A stretch of DNA of 64,000 nucleotides, from IMG/VR virus record IMGVR_UViG_3300034073_003276. One strand, 5' to 3'. Shown here piece after piece: positions 1 to 9,438 of the stretch. Within the stretch, counting starts at the first letter, position 1; each line of letters starts with the position of its first letter. Below the pieces are notes generated by a model. It was not told the origin of the DNA, made no database searches, and worked only from the letters and a program-made list of their open reading frames with translations. Position numbers and translations under genes: made by a program. Source of the stretch: a virus (Duplodnaviria; Caudoviricetes).

Positions 1-86
1 AAGAAAATTCTCATGAATCTTTTCATAATACTGTGGAAAAAAGTTTAGGTATTTAGATGTTCCAATAAATGCAATTGCGACTTTCA

Positions 87-878
87 TTAAATTATCACCC
101 AATTTTCAGGAATTAAATCTTTAGTATCTAAATGCTCATTGTTTGAACCTTTAAACCAACCAGAAGGAGCAACAACCTTTTCACTATTCGATAACCATGC
201 ACCCCACCAACTAAAAGAACTATTAGCAATAATATGTGCAGAACAAAGAGACATAAGACAAAGATCTAAAGCATTATTTTTAGTTTGAGAAACCATAAAC
301 CTATCACCACTAAACAGACTATGATTTAAACACCACTCTGGATCATCAGAGAAAATTATAATTTCTCTATCATCATCAAACATATTCAAAGACTGTTCAT
401 AATATTCAATTGGCAAAACCGTATGATTTGGATTAGTAACATAATCCATTCTACGAATGTGAAGAGCTACCGGTTTAGTCCAGTTAGAAACAACCTGTTT
501 CGCAGGTTCTAGAATATTATCATGAAACTGAAAGTCAGTCAATATCTCTTCACGAATATGTTTAAAGTATTTCTCTGACTGAAAAAATCCCTGAAGAGTT
601 ACCCAGTCTGGACAAGTTTCAAATAGTGTTTTATCAAAAGAAAAAGTTTCTTCAGCAACAATTGGACGATCTATATCAATGTATTGATAGTTTAAAGATG
701 TCAAAGTTGACATTCTAAACACGGAATTCAATTGATGATCTGTCCATTCATTTTGATTTTTAGATTTTGGAATACAAATATTATATCCACGATTTGTAGC
801 AATGCCTTTTAGAGATGCATATTGAAACATTTGATTTCCAAGTCTGCCAAGTTGTCCTAATGAATTAAATCCAATCAT
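87..878 (-). CDS. alpha-1,2-fucosyltransferase-like glycosyltransferase (GT11)
   Basis: GRLGNQMFQYA N-terminal motif; GFFQSEKYF, HIRRMDY and IIANSSFSWWGAWL GT11 motifs. Confidence 0.92.
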   Translation of the reverse strand: MIGFNSLGQLGRLGNQMFQYASLKGIATNRGYNICIPKSKNQNEWTDHQLNSVFRMSTLTSLNYQYIDIDRPIVAEETFSFDKTLFETCPDWVTLQGFFQSEKYFKHIREEILTDFQFHDNILEPAKQVVSNWTKPVALHIRRMDYVTNPNHTVLPIEYYEQSLNMFDDDREIIIFSDDPEWCLNHSLFSGDRFMVSQTKNNALDLCLMSLCSAHIIANSSFSWWGAWLSNSEKVVAPSGWFKGSNNEHLDTKDLIPENWVII

Positions 879-1822
879 GATGCACCTATAACTTTTTCTA
901 CATTTGGAATATAATATTTTTCAATAATGTTTTCCCACTTAAATTGTTTTGAATATTCCAGTATTTCTTTTCTATGAGATACTGAATATTCCCTATTTCT
1001 TTTCAATACAGATTCAATATAAGTGATATCTTCAATCTTATTTTCTGGAATCACATCAATAAAATCTTTTGTTGTATCTAAATTTGCAGTTCCATATTGA
1101 CTTACAACTACCCCTAAACCACATGACAATGCCTCCATACACACTAGTGGATGTGCTTCACCATCACTTAGGAGCGCAAGATTTCCATAATGTGTAAGAT
1201 TTTTATATAAAATATCTTTACTCCATTCACCCAAATAATTTTTATTGGGATTGAATCTTTGATCTGCAATGTTACCTGCATACCAAAGACTATCAATAGA
1301 CTGAAAAAGATGTTGTCTCTTACGATAATCAATCTTAGCAAGGTAGATTGATCTATCTGGATACTTTGGGGAATCAGTATGACTAAAAGCCTCAGTGTTT
1401 ACTCCATTAGGAGTTACAAAGAGTTTCTCTGTAGACATACCCAACATAATTTGATATATTTTAGAAATACCTTCAGATAAACAAAAGATATTTGGTTTAA
1501 TTTGACCAAAAGCATTGAATACATTCACATATCCATTAAACATTTGTGGTTGTTCCAGATATCCAAAGTGACTTGTGATTGCTTTTGGATATTGAATATA
1601 TGGATATATACTAATAAATTCATCATAATGAACATGAACAAAGTCTGGTCTAAATTGATTGACTTCTTCAATAATTTGATTGAAATCTTTTGTGTTAACA
1701 ATTTGAACTGTGTGCCCTAAATTCTCTAGAGCATTTTTTGTATCCCAAATAAGAATCTCAACGGCACCCCATCCACTAGGAGGAATTGGCATAATTCCTG
1801 GACCGACTAGCGTAATTTTCAT
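875..1822 (-). CDS. glycosyltransferase, GT4/GT-B fold
   Basis: IPPSGWGAVE N-terminus; EAHPLVCMEALSCG nucleotide-sugar-binding E-x7-E motif. Confidence 0.85.
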   Translation of the reverse strand: MKITLVGPGIMPIPPSGWGAVEILIWDTKNALENLGHTVQIVNTKDFNQIIEEVNQFRPDFVHVHYDEFISIYPYIQYPKAITSHFGYLEQPQMFNGYVNVFNAFGQIKPNIFCLSEGISKIYQIMLGMSTEKLFVTPNGVNTEAFSHTDSPKYPDRSIYLAKIDYRKRQHLFQSIDSLWYAGNIADQRFNPNKNYLGEWSKDILYKNLTHYGNLALLSDGEAHPLVCMEALSCGLGVVVSQYGTANLDTTKDFIDVIPENKIEDITYIESVLKRNREYSVSHRKEILEYSKQFKWENIIEKYYIPNVEKVIGAS

Positions 1823-2625
1823 TGCTTACCAAGCTCCGTAAAAAGAGACATATGCTTCCCGTTATATCTCTCATAAATTTCATAATCATCTGGATTTTGT
1901 TTTACCAAATATCCAAGTGCGATTTGTTCGTTGTTTACAAATCCATTTGAAATCATTTTGTTCAAAAGAATATCTTCAACATCCTCACCGACTTTCAAAA
2001 TCTTATCAGCGGTGCCACCAAACATAGATCCCAAAACATAAGAACGATTATCTAAAAGATAATCTTCGGTCAATAGATCTACATTTGCCAGATCTTTATA
2101 ATACTCCATATTCATTTGAATAAGAAACTTATCTCCCATTTCTTCTAGTGCTTCAACAGCGGCAGAACTTGGATACTCCAAAGATAAATCATATCCTTCA
2201 AAAAATCTTGAAGCACCAGCGTCCAACCAAAAGAAAAACTTACTGTTAAAGGTATTTTCCTCAATCGCCTGCTTTAACCACTTAAACTTAGAATATTGAA
2301 TGATAGAATACATTGAGTATTGGCATTCAATTCTTGAAGGATCTAAGATTTTATCTTTATACTCCTCAGAATTAATAATCGCATCCAATTGGTCTTTTAG
2401 ATACTGATAAGGAACCTCATCAACCGACTGAACAATAATATCCGTTGGAATATTTACTCTTCGTTCCTCAACAAAAGAAACAATATCTTCTGTGACGAAC
2501 AAAATCATTGGGCACTTTAATTGGAGTGTAATGTCAAACCACTTCAGATATTCTTCCCAAAATCTTCCATCCATTCTATCTCTTCCAATATTAAAGAGAG
2601 ATGTTACGATTGTTACTTCCTTCAT
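1819..2625 (-). CDS. HtrL/YibB (WlaTC)-like glycosyltransferase
   Basis: TIVTSLFNIGR start, YSKFKWLKQAIEEN, FFWLDAG, NNEQIAL pattern typical of the HtrL family. Confidence 0.7.
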   Translation of the reverse strand: MKEVTIVTSLFNIGRDRMDGRFWEEYLKWFDITLQLKCPMILFVTEDIVSFVEERRVNIPTDIIVQSVDEVPYQYLKDQLDAIINSEEYKDKILDPSRIECQYSMYSIIQYSKFKWLKQAIEENTFNSKFFFWLDAGASRFFEGYDLSLEYPSSAAVEALEEMGDKFLIQMNMEYYKDLANVDLLTEDYLLDNRSYVLGSMFGGTADKILKVGEDVEDILLNKMISNGFVNNEQIALGYLVKQNPDDYEIYERYNGKHMSLFTELGKQ

Positions 2626-3584
2626 ACTAAACTCATAATAGATTGAATACGATTTACATATGTGTGATTTTCTTTTACATAAAGCATTGCTTTCTTTATA
2701 TATTCATAATCCAAACGCTTATTCATAGCATCACCAAACATTAAAGAGGTGTCTGGAGAATATAAACAATTCCCTTCCAGTTCCTTAAAAACTTCTTCAG
2801 AATTAGTTGTCCCCAAGTGACCCCAACTGATTGATTTGAAAACTCTGCAGGGGACATATCCGTTATTAATATGTTCTGGACCACGAATGTCAACACCAAG
2901 AATTGATTTTTTAGTTCTAAGAATAACCTCTTCTTCACTTAGAGGATTTGCAAAAGGATCATTATGAATGAATTCTACACCATTCTTATGGCATTCTTCA
3001 ATAAAAGGTTTGAAGGTGCTGTAGTTTTCACAACGTCCATGAGTAGAAATATTACCGCTAAAATAGATTTTATTTTCACGAGGATAATAAATATCTTCCA
3101 AATTAAACTCTTCAGGAAGATAATTTGTTGCCCAAGTCACATAAAACTTATCATAATCCTCAATCCAATATTGGTGATAGTCATTCAAAACTTGGACTCT
3201 GCGATTTTTTCTTTCTTGTAAGTAACAACAAGGTCCAACTTCTATGACTTTATCCTTATCTAAGGTATAATCGTAAACGTGGTCTTTATGCCATAAATGA
3301 TTATAACGAACATCAATAAACTTCTTAACACCAGCATTAATATACTTTGCCGGATCCGGGCAAACGTGAACAAAATAAGTGCTGTTTTTATTTAAAGGAA
3401 TATTTTTATCAGCAAATCCTTCAGTCCAGAAAACACAATCATTCCAATCAAAATCTTCAGGATATTCTCCATCGTGAAACCAATAAGTCTCATAACCAAG
3501 ATGAGTAAATGCCTTATAAAAAGCAGCGTGAATATAAGAGTGGGTGTGGGAATGTAATGGATATCCCCAAATAACGACCTTCAT
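2622..3584 (-). CDS. putative glycosyltransferase (GT-B-like, CgeB-type C-terminus)
   Basis: start moved to MKVVIWG (3584); YVPCRVFKSISWG and HTYVNRI C-terminal motifs resemble DUF3880/CgeB proteins. Confidence 0.6.
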   Translation of the reverse strand: MKVVIWGYPLHSHTHSYIHAAFYKAFTHLGYETYWFHDGEYPEDFDWNDCVFWTEGFADKNIPLNKNSTYFVHVCPDPAKYINAGVKKFIDVRYNHLWHKDHVYDYTLDKDKVIEVGPCCYLQERKNRRVQVLNDYHQYWIEDYDKFYVTWATNYLPEEFNLEDIYYPRENKIYFSGNISTHGRCENYSTFKPFIEECHKNGVEFIHNDPFANPLSEEEVILRTKKSILGVDIRGPEHINNGYVPCRVFKSISWGHLGTTNSEEVFKELEGNCLYSPDTSLMFGDAMNKRLDYEYIKKAMLYVKENHTYVNRIQSIMSLV

Positions 3585-3585
3585 A

Positions 3586-4233
3586 TCAAACTCCAGGATT
3601 GTAAATGACAAGAACTACATTATCACCCCTCTCATCACCCAAGGATATGTTTTCACTTCTCCTCAAATCCATAATTTTGTATTGATATCCCTTTAGAATT
3701 TCGTTGATAAGTCCTTTCATATATGGATGATCACAAAGTTCATCACCTTCCAAATCATATTCCCAGTCAATAGGAATGTCTTCAATGAACATATACCCAT
3801 TAGTTTTTAATTTGGGCAAATAATATCTTATTGCAGCAATTTGGGATTCATATGTGTGGGGTCCATCATCAATAATCAAATCCATATCAGGAAGTTTATT
3901 TGATACTTCCTTATCATATGCATTCCCAATATGGAGAGTAACATCTTTAAGAGGATCATCTATCAGAGACTGTGCTATTTTTCTATGATTTTGATTTTGA
4001 AAAATATCCAAACCATAAATTTTTGCTTTAGAAAAATATTCTCTCCAAAGTCTTAAAGAAGAACCTGTCGCAACTCCAATTTCCAGAAGATTAATTTTAT
4101 CATCTCTAAACTCAAAGAAGTATTCTTCATAAACATCTTTGATATAGGAATGATAGGTATTTTTATCGCAAGAAATTTCTTGCGAGTGGTCATCATACTT
4201 TTTGTCAACATAAATTTCATAAAGTGTTTTCAT
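3586..4233 (-). CDS. class I SAM-dependent methyltransferase
   Basis: LLEIGVATGSSL motif I, DLIIDDGPH, FIEDI. Confidence 0.88.
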   Translation of the reverse strand: MKTLYEIYVDKKYDDHSQEISCDKNTYHSYIKDVYEEYFFEFRDDKINLLEIGVATGSSLRLWREYFSKAKIYGLDIFQNQNHRKIAQSLIDDPLKDVTLHIGNAYDKEVSNKLPDMDLIIDDGPHTYESQIAAIRYYLPKLKTNGYMFIEDIPIDWEYDLEGDELCDHPYMKGLINEILKGYQYKIMDLRRSENISLGDERGDNVVLVIYNPGV

Positions 4234-4241
4234 TTTTTTAC

Positions 4242-4874
4242 CTAGGAATTTTTAATAACGTCTATTACAAGTTCACTGCCCTGCAGCATTTTATCTACCC
4301 AAAAAGTAGTTCCACAATACCTTTCTGGTTTATGGATTTCAACATAATTTTCTGGCGGATTGACAATATTATATCCGTAAATATTTTTAATTACCCTACC
4401 AGTTCTATCACTATCATGACAGGCAATAATAGGTGCATAACCAAAAGCAAAATTAACTATATCTCCCCTATTATGAATTCCTGGATCAACAAAAATTATA
4501 TCATATTCATATTCTTTCATGAAAGGAGTGACAATATTTTCCAATACTGAAAGATACTCAGTATCATCTAATGGATACTTATTATCAATTGCATTTTGAT
4601 TAGCATCAATTATTTCTTGTGGTAAACTAATATATTTACATTCCCAGTTATCATAGTTTTTCAGTTTTTCTTTTGTTTTATTTGTCCACTCTAAGTTGAA
4701 ATCACTAACAGATAATTCAACAGATTTTACTTTCTTGATATTATCACACCAAAATTCTGTTCCGAGTCCTAGTCCAAATTCAAGAACAGAATTTAGTTCA
4801 ATATACTCAAATAATTTTGCAAAATAGGGGACCCAATCTTGTGCTTGCGTCAATTCATATTGTTTCTTTTGCAT
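4242..4874 (-). CDS. putative SAM-dependent methyltransferase-fold protein
   Basis: VLEFGLGLGT and YDIIFVDPG motifs. Confidence 0.55.
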   Translation of the reverse strand: MQKKQYELTQAQDWVPYFAKLFEYIELNSVLEFGLGLGTEFWCDNIKKVKSVELSVSDFNLEWTNKTKEKLKNYDNWECKYISLPQEIIDANQNAIDNKYPLDDTEYLSVLENIVTPFMKEYEYDIIFVDPGIHNRGDIVNFAFGYAPIIACHDSDRTGRVIKNIYGYNIVNPPENYVEIHKPERYCGTTFWVDKMLQGSELVIDVIKNS

Positions 4875-4876
4875 AA

Positions 4877-5893
4877 TTAAAAACTCCTATAAAACATTTT
4901 CCACAAATTCAATGACTTGTTTTTCAAATATTTAGACCCCTCCTCAAAGGATGAATCCATTGCTTCTTTATCAATTGACTTAAGAATATCTGGTATCTCT
5001 TCAAAAGAGTTAAAATAGAATCTACATCCACTTAAATTTGGATCATACCATTCACACCAATCAATCCAGTCTTTTTGCAAAAGATTAGCTCCACCAGACC
5101 CCCAAATATTAAAAAAGTAATTTGGACGCTTAGAAAGTTCGTAAAAGAAATCTTTAGAAGGAAGCAATACAGGGACTTTGGCGTGAATCAATTCAAAACA
5201 TAAAAACTTAGAAAATGCATCGGGCATCGTAATAAATGCCTTATATTTTTTTAGTTGATCAATAAATCTAAATCCACCATTATAGACAGATATTCCTTTA
5301 CCAGTCAGATACTCACCCATCTTAAAAAAGATATTATCATTATGATATATTGGAACATAAACTTCAGCGTCTGGAAGTTCAAAACTTTCGCCATACATCT
5401 CTTTAAAGTATGCAGTTTCTGGAATGCTATTTTCAATAGAATATAAGTTAATTCCACAAGGAGGAATATGTTCCCTGTCCATTATATCAGTTCCCTTTTC
5501 TTTACACCAAACTTTTTCAAAGAAACTATAAGGAACTATCTTTATATTTGGATTCTGTTCCGCTCTACTAAAGAGTTCATAGAACCTAGTCTGGTCCTCC
5601 ATCCTATAGTCAAACCTATTACAAACCCAAATAACAAGCTTTGACTCAAACTCGTCTTGGTTTTCTAAAAATATCCGTGATAGTGGCGCTGTATCAGATG
5701 TAACGATATAGTCAAACTCATTCAGTTGGTCTTTATGGTCTTTCCAAAAAGTATCTGCAATCTCTTTAGTAATTTTAAATTGACCATCATAAAACTTATG
5801 GTTAGTTACTTCAAACCCTAGTTCATTAAGAACGTAGTGCTGATCTCTAAAACAACCAATGTGATGAGATATATGTAAAACTTCTTTAGTCAT
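4877..5893 (-). CDS. hypothetical protein, probable glycosyltransferase
   Basis: 338 aa ORF translationally coupled inside the glycan island; no decisive motif. Confidence 0.5.
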   Translation of the reverse strand: MTKEVLHISHHIGCFRDQHYVLNELGFEVTNHKFYDGQFKITKEIADTFWKDHKDQLNEFDYIVTSDTAPLSRIFLENQDEFESKLVIWVCNRFDYRMEDQTRFYELFSRAEQNPNIKIVPYSFFEKVWCKEKGTDIMDREHIPPCGINLYSIENSIPETAYFKEMYGESFELPDAEVYVPIYHNDNIFFKMGEYLTGKGISVYNGGFRFIDQLKKYKAFITMPDAFSKFLCFELIHAKVPVLLPSKDFFYELSKRPNYFFNIWGSGGANLLQKDWIDWCEWYDPNLSGCRFYFNSFEEIPDILKSIDKEAMDSSFEEGSKYLKNKSLNLWKMFYRSF

Positions 5894-6705
5894 AAATTCG
5901 CTTCTTTGGATAATGAACTTTTAGTTACTGTTACTATGTCAACAATTTTGTTTATCGGAATATTGTTTATTCTAACATACTTATCCAATAATATTTCAGG
6001 AATAAAATCTATATTATATGAATAATAAAGTGCCGGAATATAAAGAAAGCAATCTGAATATGTATTCATAATGTCGGAAGAAGAAAATGCAAACAAATCA
6101 CACATACTCAATTCACTTCCTTTATGACTACCTCTATTAAAAACATTTAAAACTTTAGTATCAAAACTACTAAGATCTATTCCTTTATTAAAACAAATAT
6201 CTGTTCTATTTCTTATTACAACATCATACTTAAATTCATTTTGATATTCATATAACTTTTTAAGTTCATTCGATTTGTGTATAGAATAATATTGAGACAG
6301 AACTTTATATGGCTCACATCCATAATGCCATAGTTTCAATACTTCCTTTTCTTTCAAAAAACTAAAATTATTTTTTGCAGAAGCAGGCAAAAATAATTTC
6401 TTATTCTCACCAAGACTTTCCAACTTTTTCCTATTACGCTCCAAATCTTCTTCATATTCTTCTTTTGTTATTTTAGAGTTTATGAAATCATATGGGTTAA
6501 TTTCAAACGACTTCGGTTTTTCTACAAATAAAAACTTTGGTTTCAAATATTCTTTAGCAAATTTAATCTCAGATGAATACTCATCAACATCCCATGTATG
6601 AATAAAGTAATCAACCTCATTCTCTTGAACAATACTATTCTGAAAGTTGACAATATTAGATTGAATATCCCTTAGAAATCCACTATAACAAACTGCTATT
6701 TTCAT
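5890..6705 (-). CDS. glycan-modification/glycosyltransferase-like protein (MKIAVCxSGxxR family)
   Basis: MKIAVCYSGFLR, DYFIHTW, YDVVIRNRTDI, CDLFAFS, PEILL motifs. Confidence 0.6.
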   Translation of the reverse strand: MKIAVCYSGFLRDIQSNIVNFQNSIVQENEVDYFIHTWDVDEYSSEIKFAKEYLKPKFLFVEKPKSFEINPYDFINSKITKEEYEEDLERNRKKLESLGENKKLFLPASAKNNFSFLKEKEVLKLWHYGCEPYKVLSQYYSIHKSNELKKLYEYQNEFKYDVVIRNRTDICFNKGIDLSSFDTKVLNVFNRGSHKGSELSMCDLFAFSSSDIMNTYSDCFLYIPALYYSYNIDFIPEILLDKYVRINNIPINKIVDIVTVTKSSLSKEANL

Positions 6706-7472
6706 ATATCACTATATTGCAATGTCTTATGAAGAATATCTACGTCAGGTCTCCTTACAACTTTATGTATTATATCGACCATATAGTTCTTTTTAAGATT
6801 CACGGACTTTAAATGGTGGTCAAACAAAACTTCTCCAACAAAACAACACTTATCATTGAAATAATAATAAGGTATATGTAAAAATTCTTCTACAGATAAA
6901 ATAATATTTTTTTGGCTTGATATGGTTATCATTTCAGAAAAAAAGTTTTCTATTATAGAATGTGTTGGATTCGTATCTAAATCCCACCTAGTAGCATTAA
7001 TTAGATTTAAGTCTAGTGAACTAATATCCAAAACACTATCAAAAAGAAGATCAGATCTCATACAAACTACCATATCATATTCAACGTCGTTGGTATGGCA
7101 ATACTGCTGAAGTAGTTGAGAAGACATAAATCTTGAATAATGAAAACTCAATAACTGATATGGTCTGCAAGTATACCATCCACTACCAGATATTTTTCTA
7201 AGTTTTGAGTAGTCTCTTAAATCGTTAAAAGTAGAAAATACTATCTGATAGTATGGATTTTTTTGAAAATCTTTAGACTCCTCTATTAATATTGATTTTG
7301 GTTTTACTACATTCTTTACATACTCAATTTGTTTTTTTTGATATTCATCTCCTGTCCATGTATGAACAAAAAAGTCAACATCATGCTCATCCAAAGAAAA
7401 AAACTTTTTGTGAGACTCAAATGTTTCTGTTATGGATCTTAGGAATCCGTTATAACAAATTGCAATTTTCAT
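6702..7472 (-). CDS. paralog of the adjacent MKIAxCxxGxxR-family protein
   Basis: MKIAICYNGFLR, DFFVHTW, YDMVVCMRSDL, GEVLF; same motif order as 5890..6705. Confidence 0.6.
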   Translation of the reverse strand: MKIAICYNGFLRSITETFESHKKFFSLDEHDVDFFVHTWTGDEYQKKQIEYVKNVVKPKSILIEESKDFQKNPYYQIVFSTFNDLRDYSKLRKISGSGWYTCRPYQLLSFHYSRFMSSQLLQQYCHTNDVEYDMVVCMRSDLLFDSVLDISSLDLNLINATRWDLDTNPTHSIIENFFSEMITISSQKNIILSVEEFLHIPYYYFNDKCCFVGEVLFDHHLKSVNLKKNYMVDIIHKVVRRPDVDILHKTLQYSDI

Positions 7473-8161
7473 AGACTGTCCAAAATAGTTTTAATCATAT
7501 GGTTGAGACCTTGTTCTCTCTCAATACTACTCATCTGCTCACCACCAATAAGATGATCAGAAACTGTATTAACAGAAAGTGCTTTCTTAGAAAAGCGATT
7601 AGCAATACTGTATAAAACGTGAGTTTCCATATCAACTGCTAACACACCCATTTCCATAAATGGTTTGTGCCAGTTAGAATCTGGTTGATAAAAATAATCA
7701 TTGGATACCATTTGCCCAACGTGTGCATCACTATTAACCTTCATATATTTACTAAGAAGGTTGTAATCGCAACAGGGAGAGAGTTTAAAACCAGGTATCA
7801 GATTTTCAGTCATAGCATTATCAGTAGCAGCAGTCATAGCAACAACAACATCTCCAACTTTGAGATTTGGAGAAATACCACCACAACTACCAACTCTGAT
7901 TATATTTTCAACATCATAAAAATTATAAAGTTCGTGGGCATAAATTCCAAGACTTGCTTGCCCCATTCCACTCGCCTGAATAGATACTGGTTTACCATTA
8001 TAAGTTCCAGTATATCCTAGACAATTGCGAACTTTATTAACAATATTATATGTCTCTAAAAAGTTTTCAGCAATCCACTTTGCTCTCAATGGATCACCAG
8101 GCATAAGGACTGTCTTGTGATATTGTCCAGGTTTTGCTTCAATGTGCGGGGTCATTTGCAA
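7469..8161 (-). CDS. deoD: purine nucleoside phosphorylase, DeoD type
   Basis: TPHIEAKPG, VLMPGDPLRAKWIAE, SGMGQAS, IIRVGSCGG, VDMETH. Confidence 0.95.
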   Translation of the reverse strand: MQMTPHIEAKPGQYHKTVLMPGDPLRAKWIAENFLETYNIVNKVRNCLGYTGTYNGKPVSIQASGMGQASLGIYAHELYNFYDVENIIRVGSCGGISPNLKVGDVVVAMTAATDNAMTENLIPGFKLSPCCDYNLLSKYMKVNSDAHVGQMVSNDYFYQPDSNWHKPFMEMGVLAVDMETHVLYSIANRFSKKALSVNTVSDHLIGGEQMSSIEREQGLNHMIKTILDSL

Positions 8162-8723
8162 TAATTTGATAGATTTCTTTCCAGTTTTTTACACGCAGAC
8201 CATTCCATTGTTTGTTATACGGATGATCCATTAATATACTTGTAAGTCCTACTCTTTTACCAGATTCTGCATTACTCACAGAATCCTCAATCCAATAATA
8301 CTTCTTTCCCTTGTATCTGTCAAGAAGATAATCTTCTTTACCTTTAGTAAAATCTAAGGCACAATCAATAAAATCAAATACCTCACCAAATAAATGAATT
8401 AAATTATTTTGTCTCAACTTTTGAGCGTACTTATCCTTATCAAGACAACTAATTACGTCAAATCTCCATCCCAAATTATTCAGTTTACCAATATATTCTA
8501 CAGAATCTCTAAATGCAGGAATAAATCCTATACATCCAGACTCGTTAAAAGACTTAACTTGGCGATATGATTCTTCATCAGTTATTCCATATCTTAGTGA
8601 TTGACTATAGTATTGATCAGTATCTGCAATTCTTTGATATCCATGCTCACCCATCCACACATCAAATGCATATGCCCAATCTAAAAGAACTCCATCACAA
8701 TCGACGATTATTTTTTTATCCAT
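8139..8723 (-). CDS. HAD-superfamily phosphatase / 5'-nucleotidase (T4 gp30.2-like)
   Basis: DCDGVL HAD motif I and WIEDS motif IV. Confidence 0.8.
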   Translation of the reverse strand: MDKKIIVDCDGVLLDWAYAFDVWMGEHGYQRIADTDQYYSQSLRYGITDEESYRQVKSFNESGCIGFIPAFRDSVEYIGKLNNLGWRFDVISCLDKDKYAQKLRQNNLIHLFGEVFDFIDCALDFTKGKEDYLLDRYKGKKYYWIEDSVSNAESGKRVGLTSILMDHPYNKQWNGLRVKNWKEIYQIIANDPAH

Positions 8724-9438
8724 GTATAAACTTATTAATTTGGTCCCAGGTACCTAGGTCAACATAATCATCAACTTCAATAGCCTTTGACTTATATATT
8801 GGAGTATTTTTAATTTCGCCAACAAGAAGTCGGTGTTTTAATGTTGACTTTTCCATAAACTCAATACAGTTATCAAAAACTCTCTTCCTAAAGGCAAATG
8901 CAGTCCAGAAAGCATTAAATTTATTCATATCATCCTGAGGCTTATCTTCATACTCTTGAACTAAATTGTCATCATCAATATACAAAGATCCTTTAGTTTT
9001 TAACATATCACTATCAGTTTCCTTCTTAAAGAAAAAAGTAAATCCAGTTTCATTCAAACTATCACTTACAAGTTTAACAATATCTTGAGATGATTTTAAT
9101 CTTAAAAAAGTGTCGGGGAGAAGAACAAGATTCTTTTCACCAAATAAATGCTTTGCACTTTTGATCGATCCAGTGTACTCCGTTTCTGTAGGATTAAAAA
9201 ATGTAAATGAAATATTAAATCTAGACTTGTATCTACTCAAATACTTCAGTATTTCAGTTTTATTTTCATTAAGAGTGATTACAAACTCAACATCTTTGCG
9301 ACCATAATTTGAAAATAAATCGAAACTATAGTCAATAAGAGATTTATTCTTTTCAATGGAATGAACTTCTTTTGGATATGGTAAAGAAAGACGAGTTCCT
9401 TCTCCAGCACATGGAAGAATAACAGTAAGATTAGACAT
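8716..9438 (-). CDS. sugar-phosphate nucleotidyltransferase
   Basis: start moved to MSNLTVIL (9438); LPCAGEGTRL..PKE signature, LLPD, DLGTWD. Confidence 0.85.
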   Translation of the reverse strand: MSNLTVILPCAGEGTRLSLPYPKEVHSIEKNKSLIDYSFDLFSNYGRKDVEFVITLNENKTEILKYLSRYKSRFNISFTFFNPTETEYTGSIKSAKHLFGEKNLVLLPDTFLRLKSSQDIVKLVSDSLNETGFTFFFKKETDSDMLKTKGSLYIDDDNLVQEYEDKPQDDMNKFNAFWTAFAFRKRVFDNCIEFMEKSTLKHRLLVGEIKNTPIYKSKAIEVDDYVDLGTWDQINKFIHG

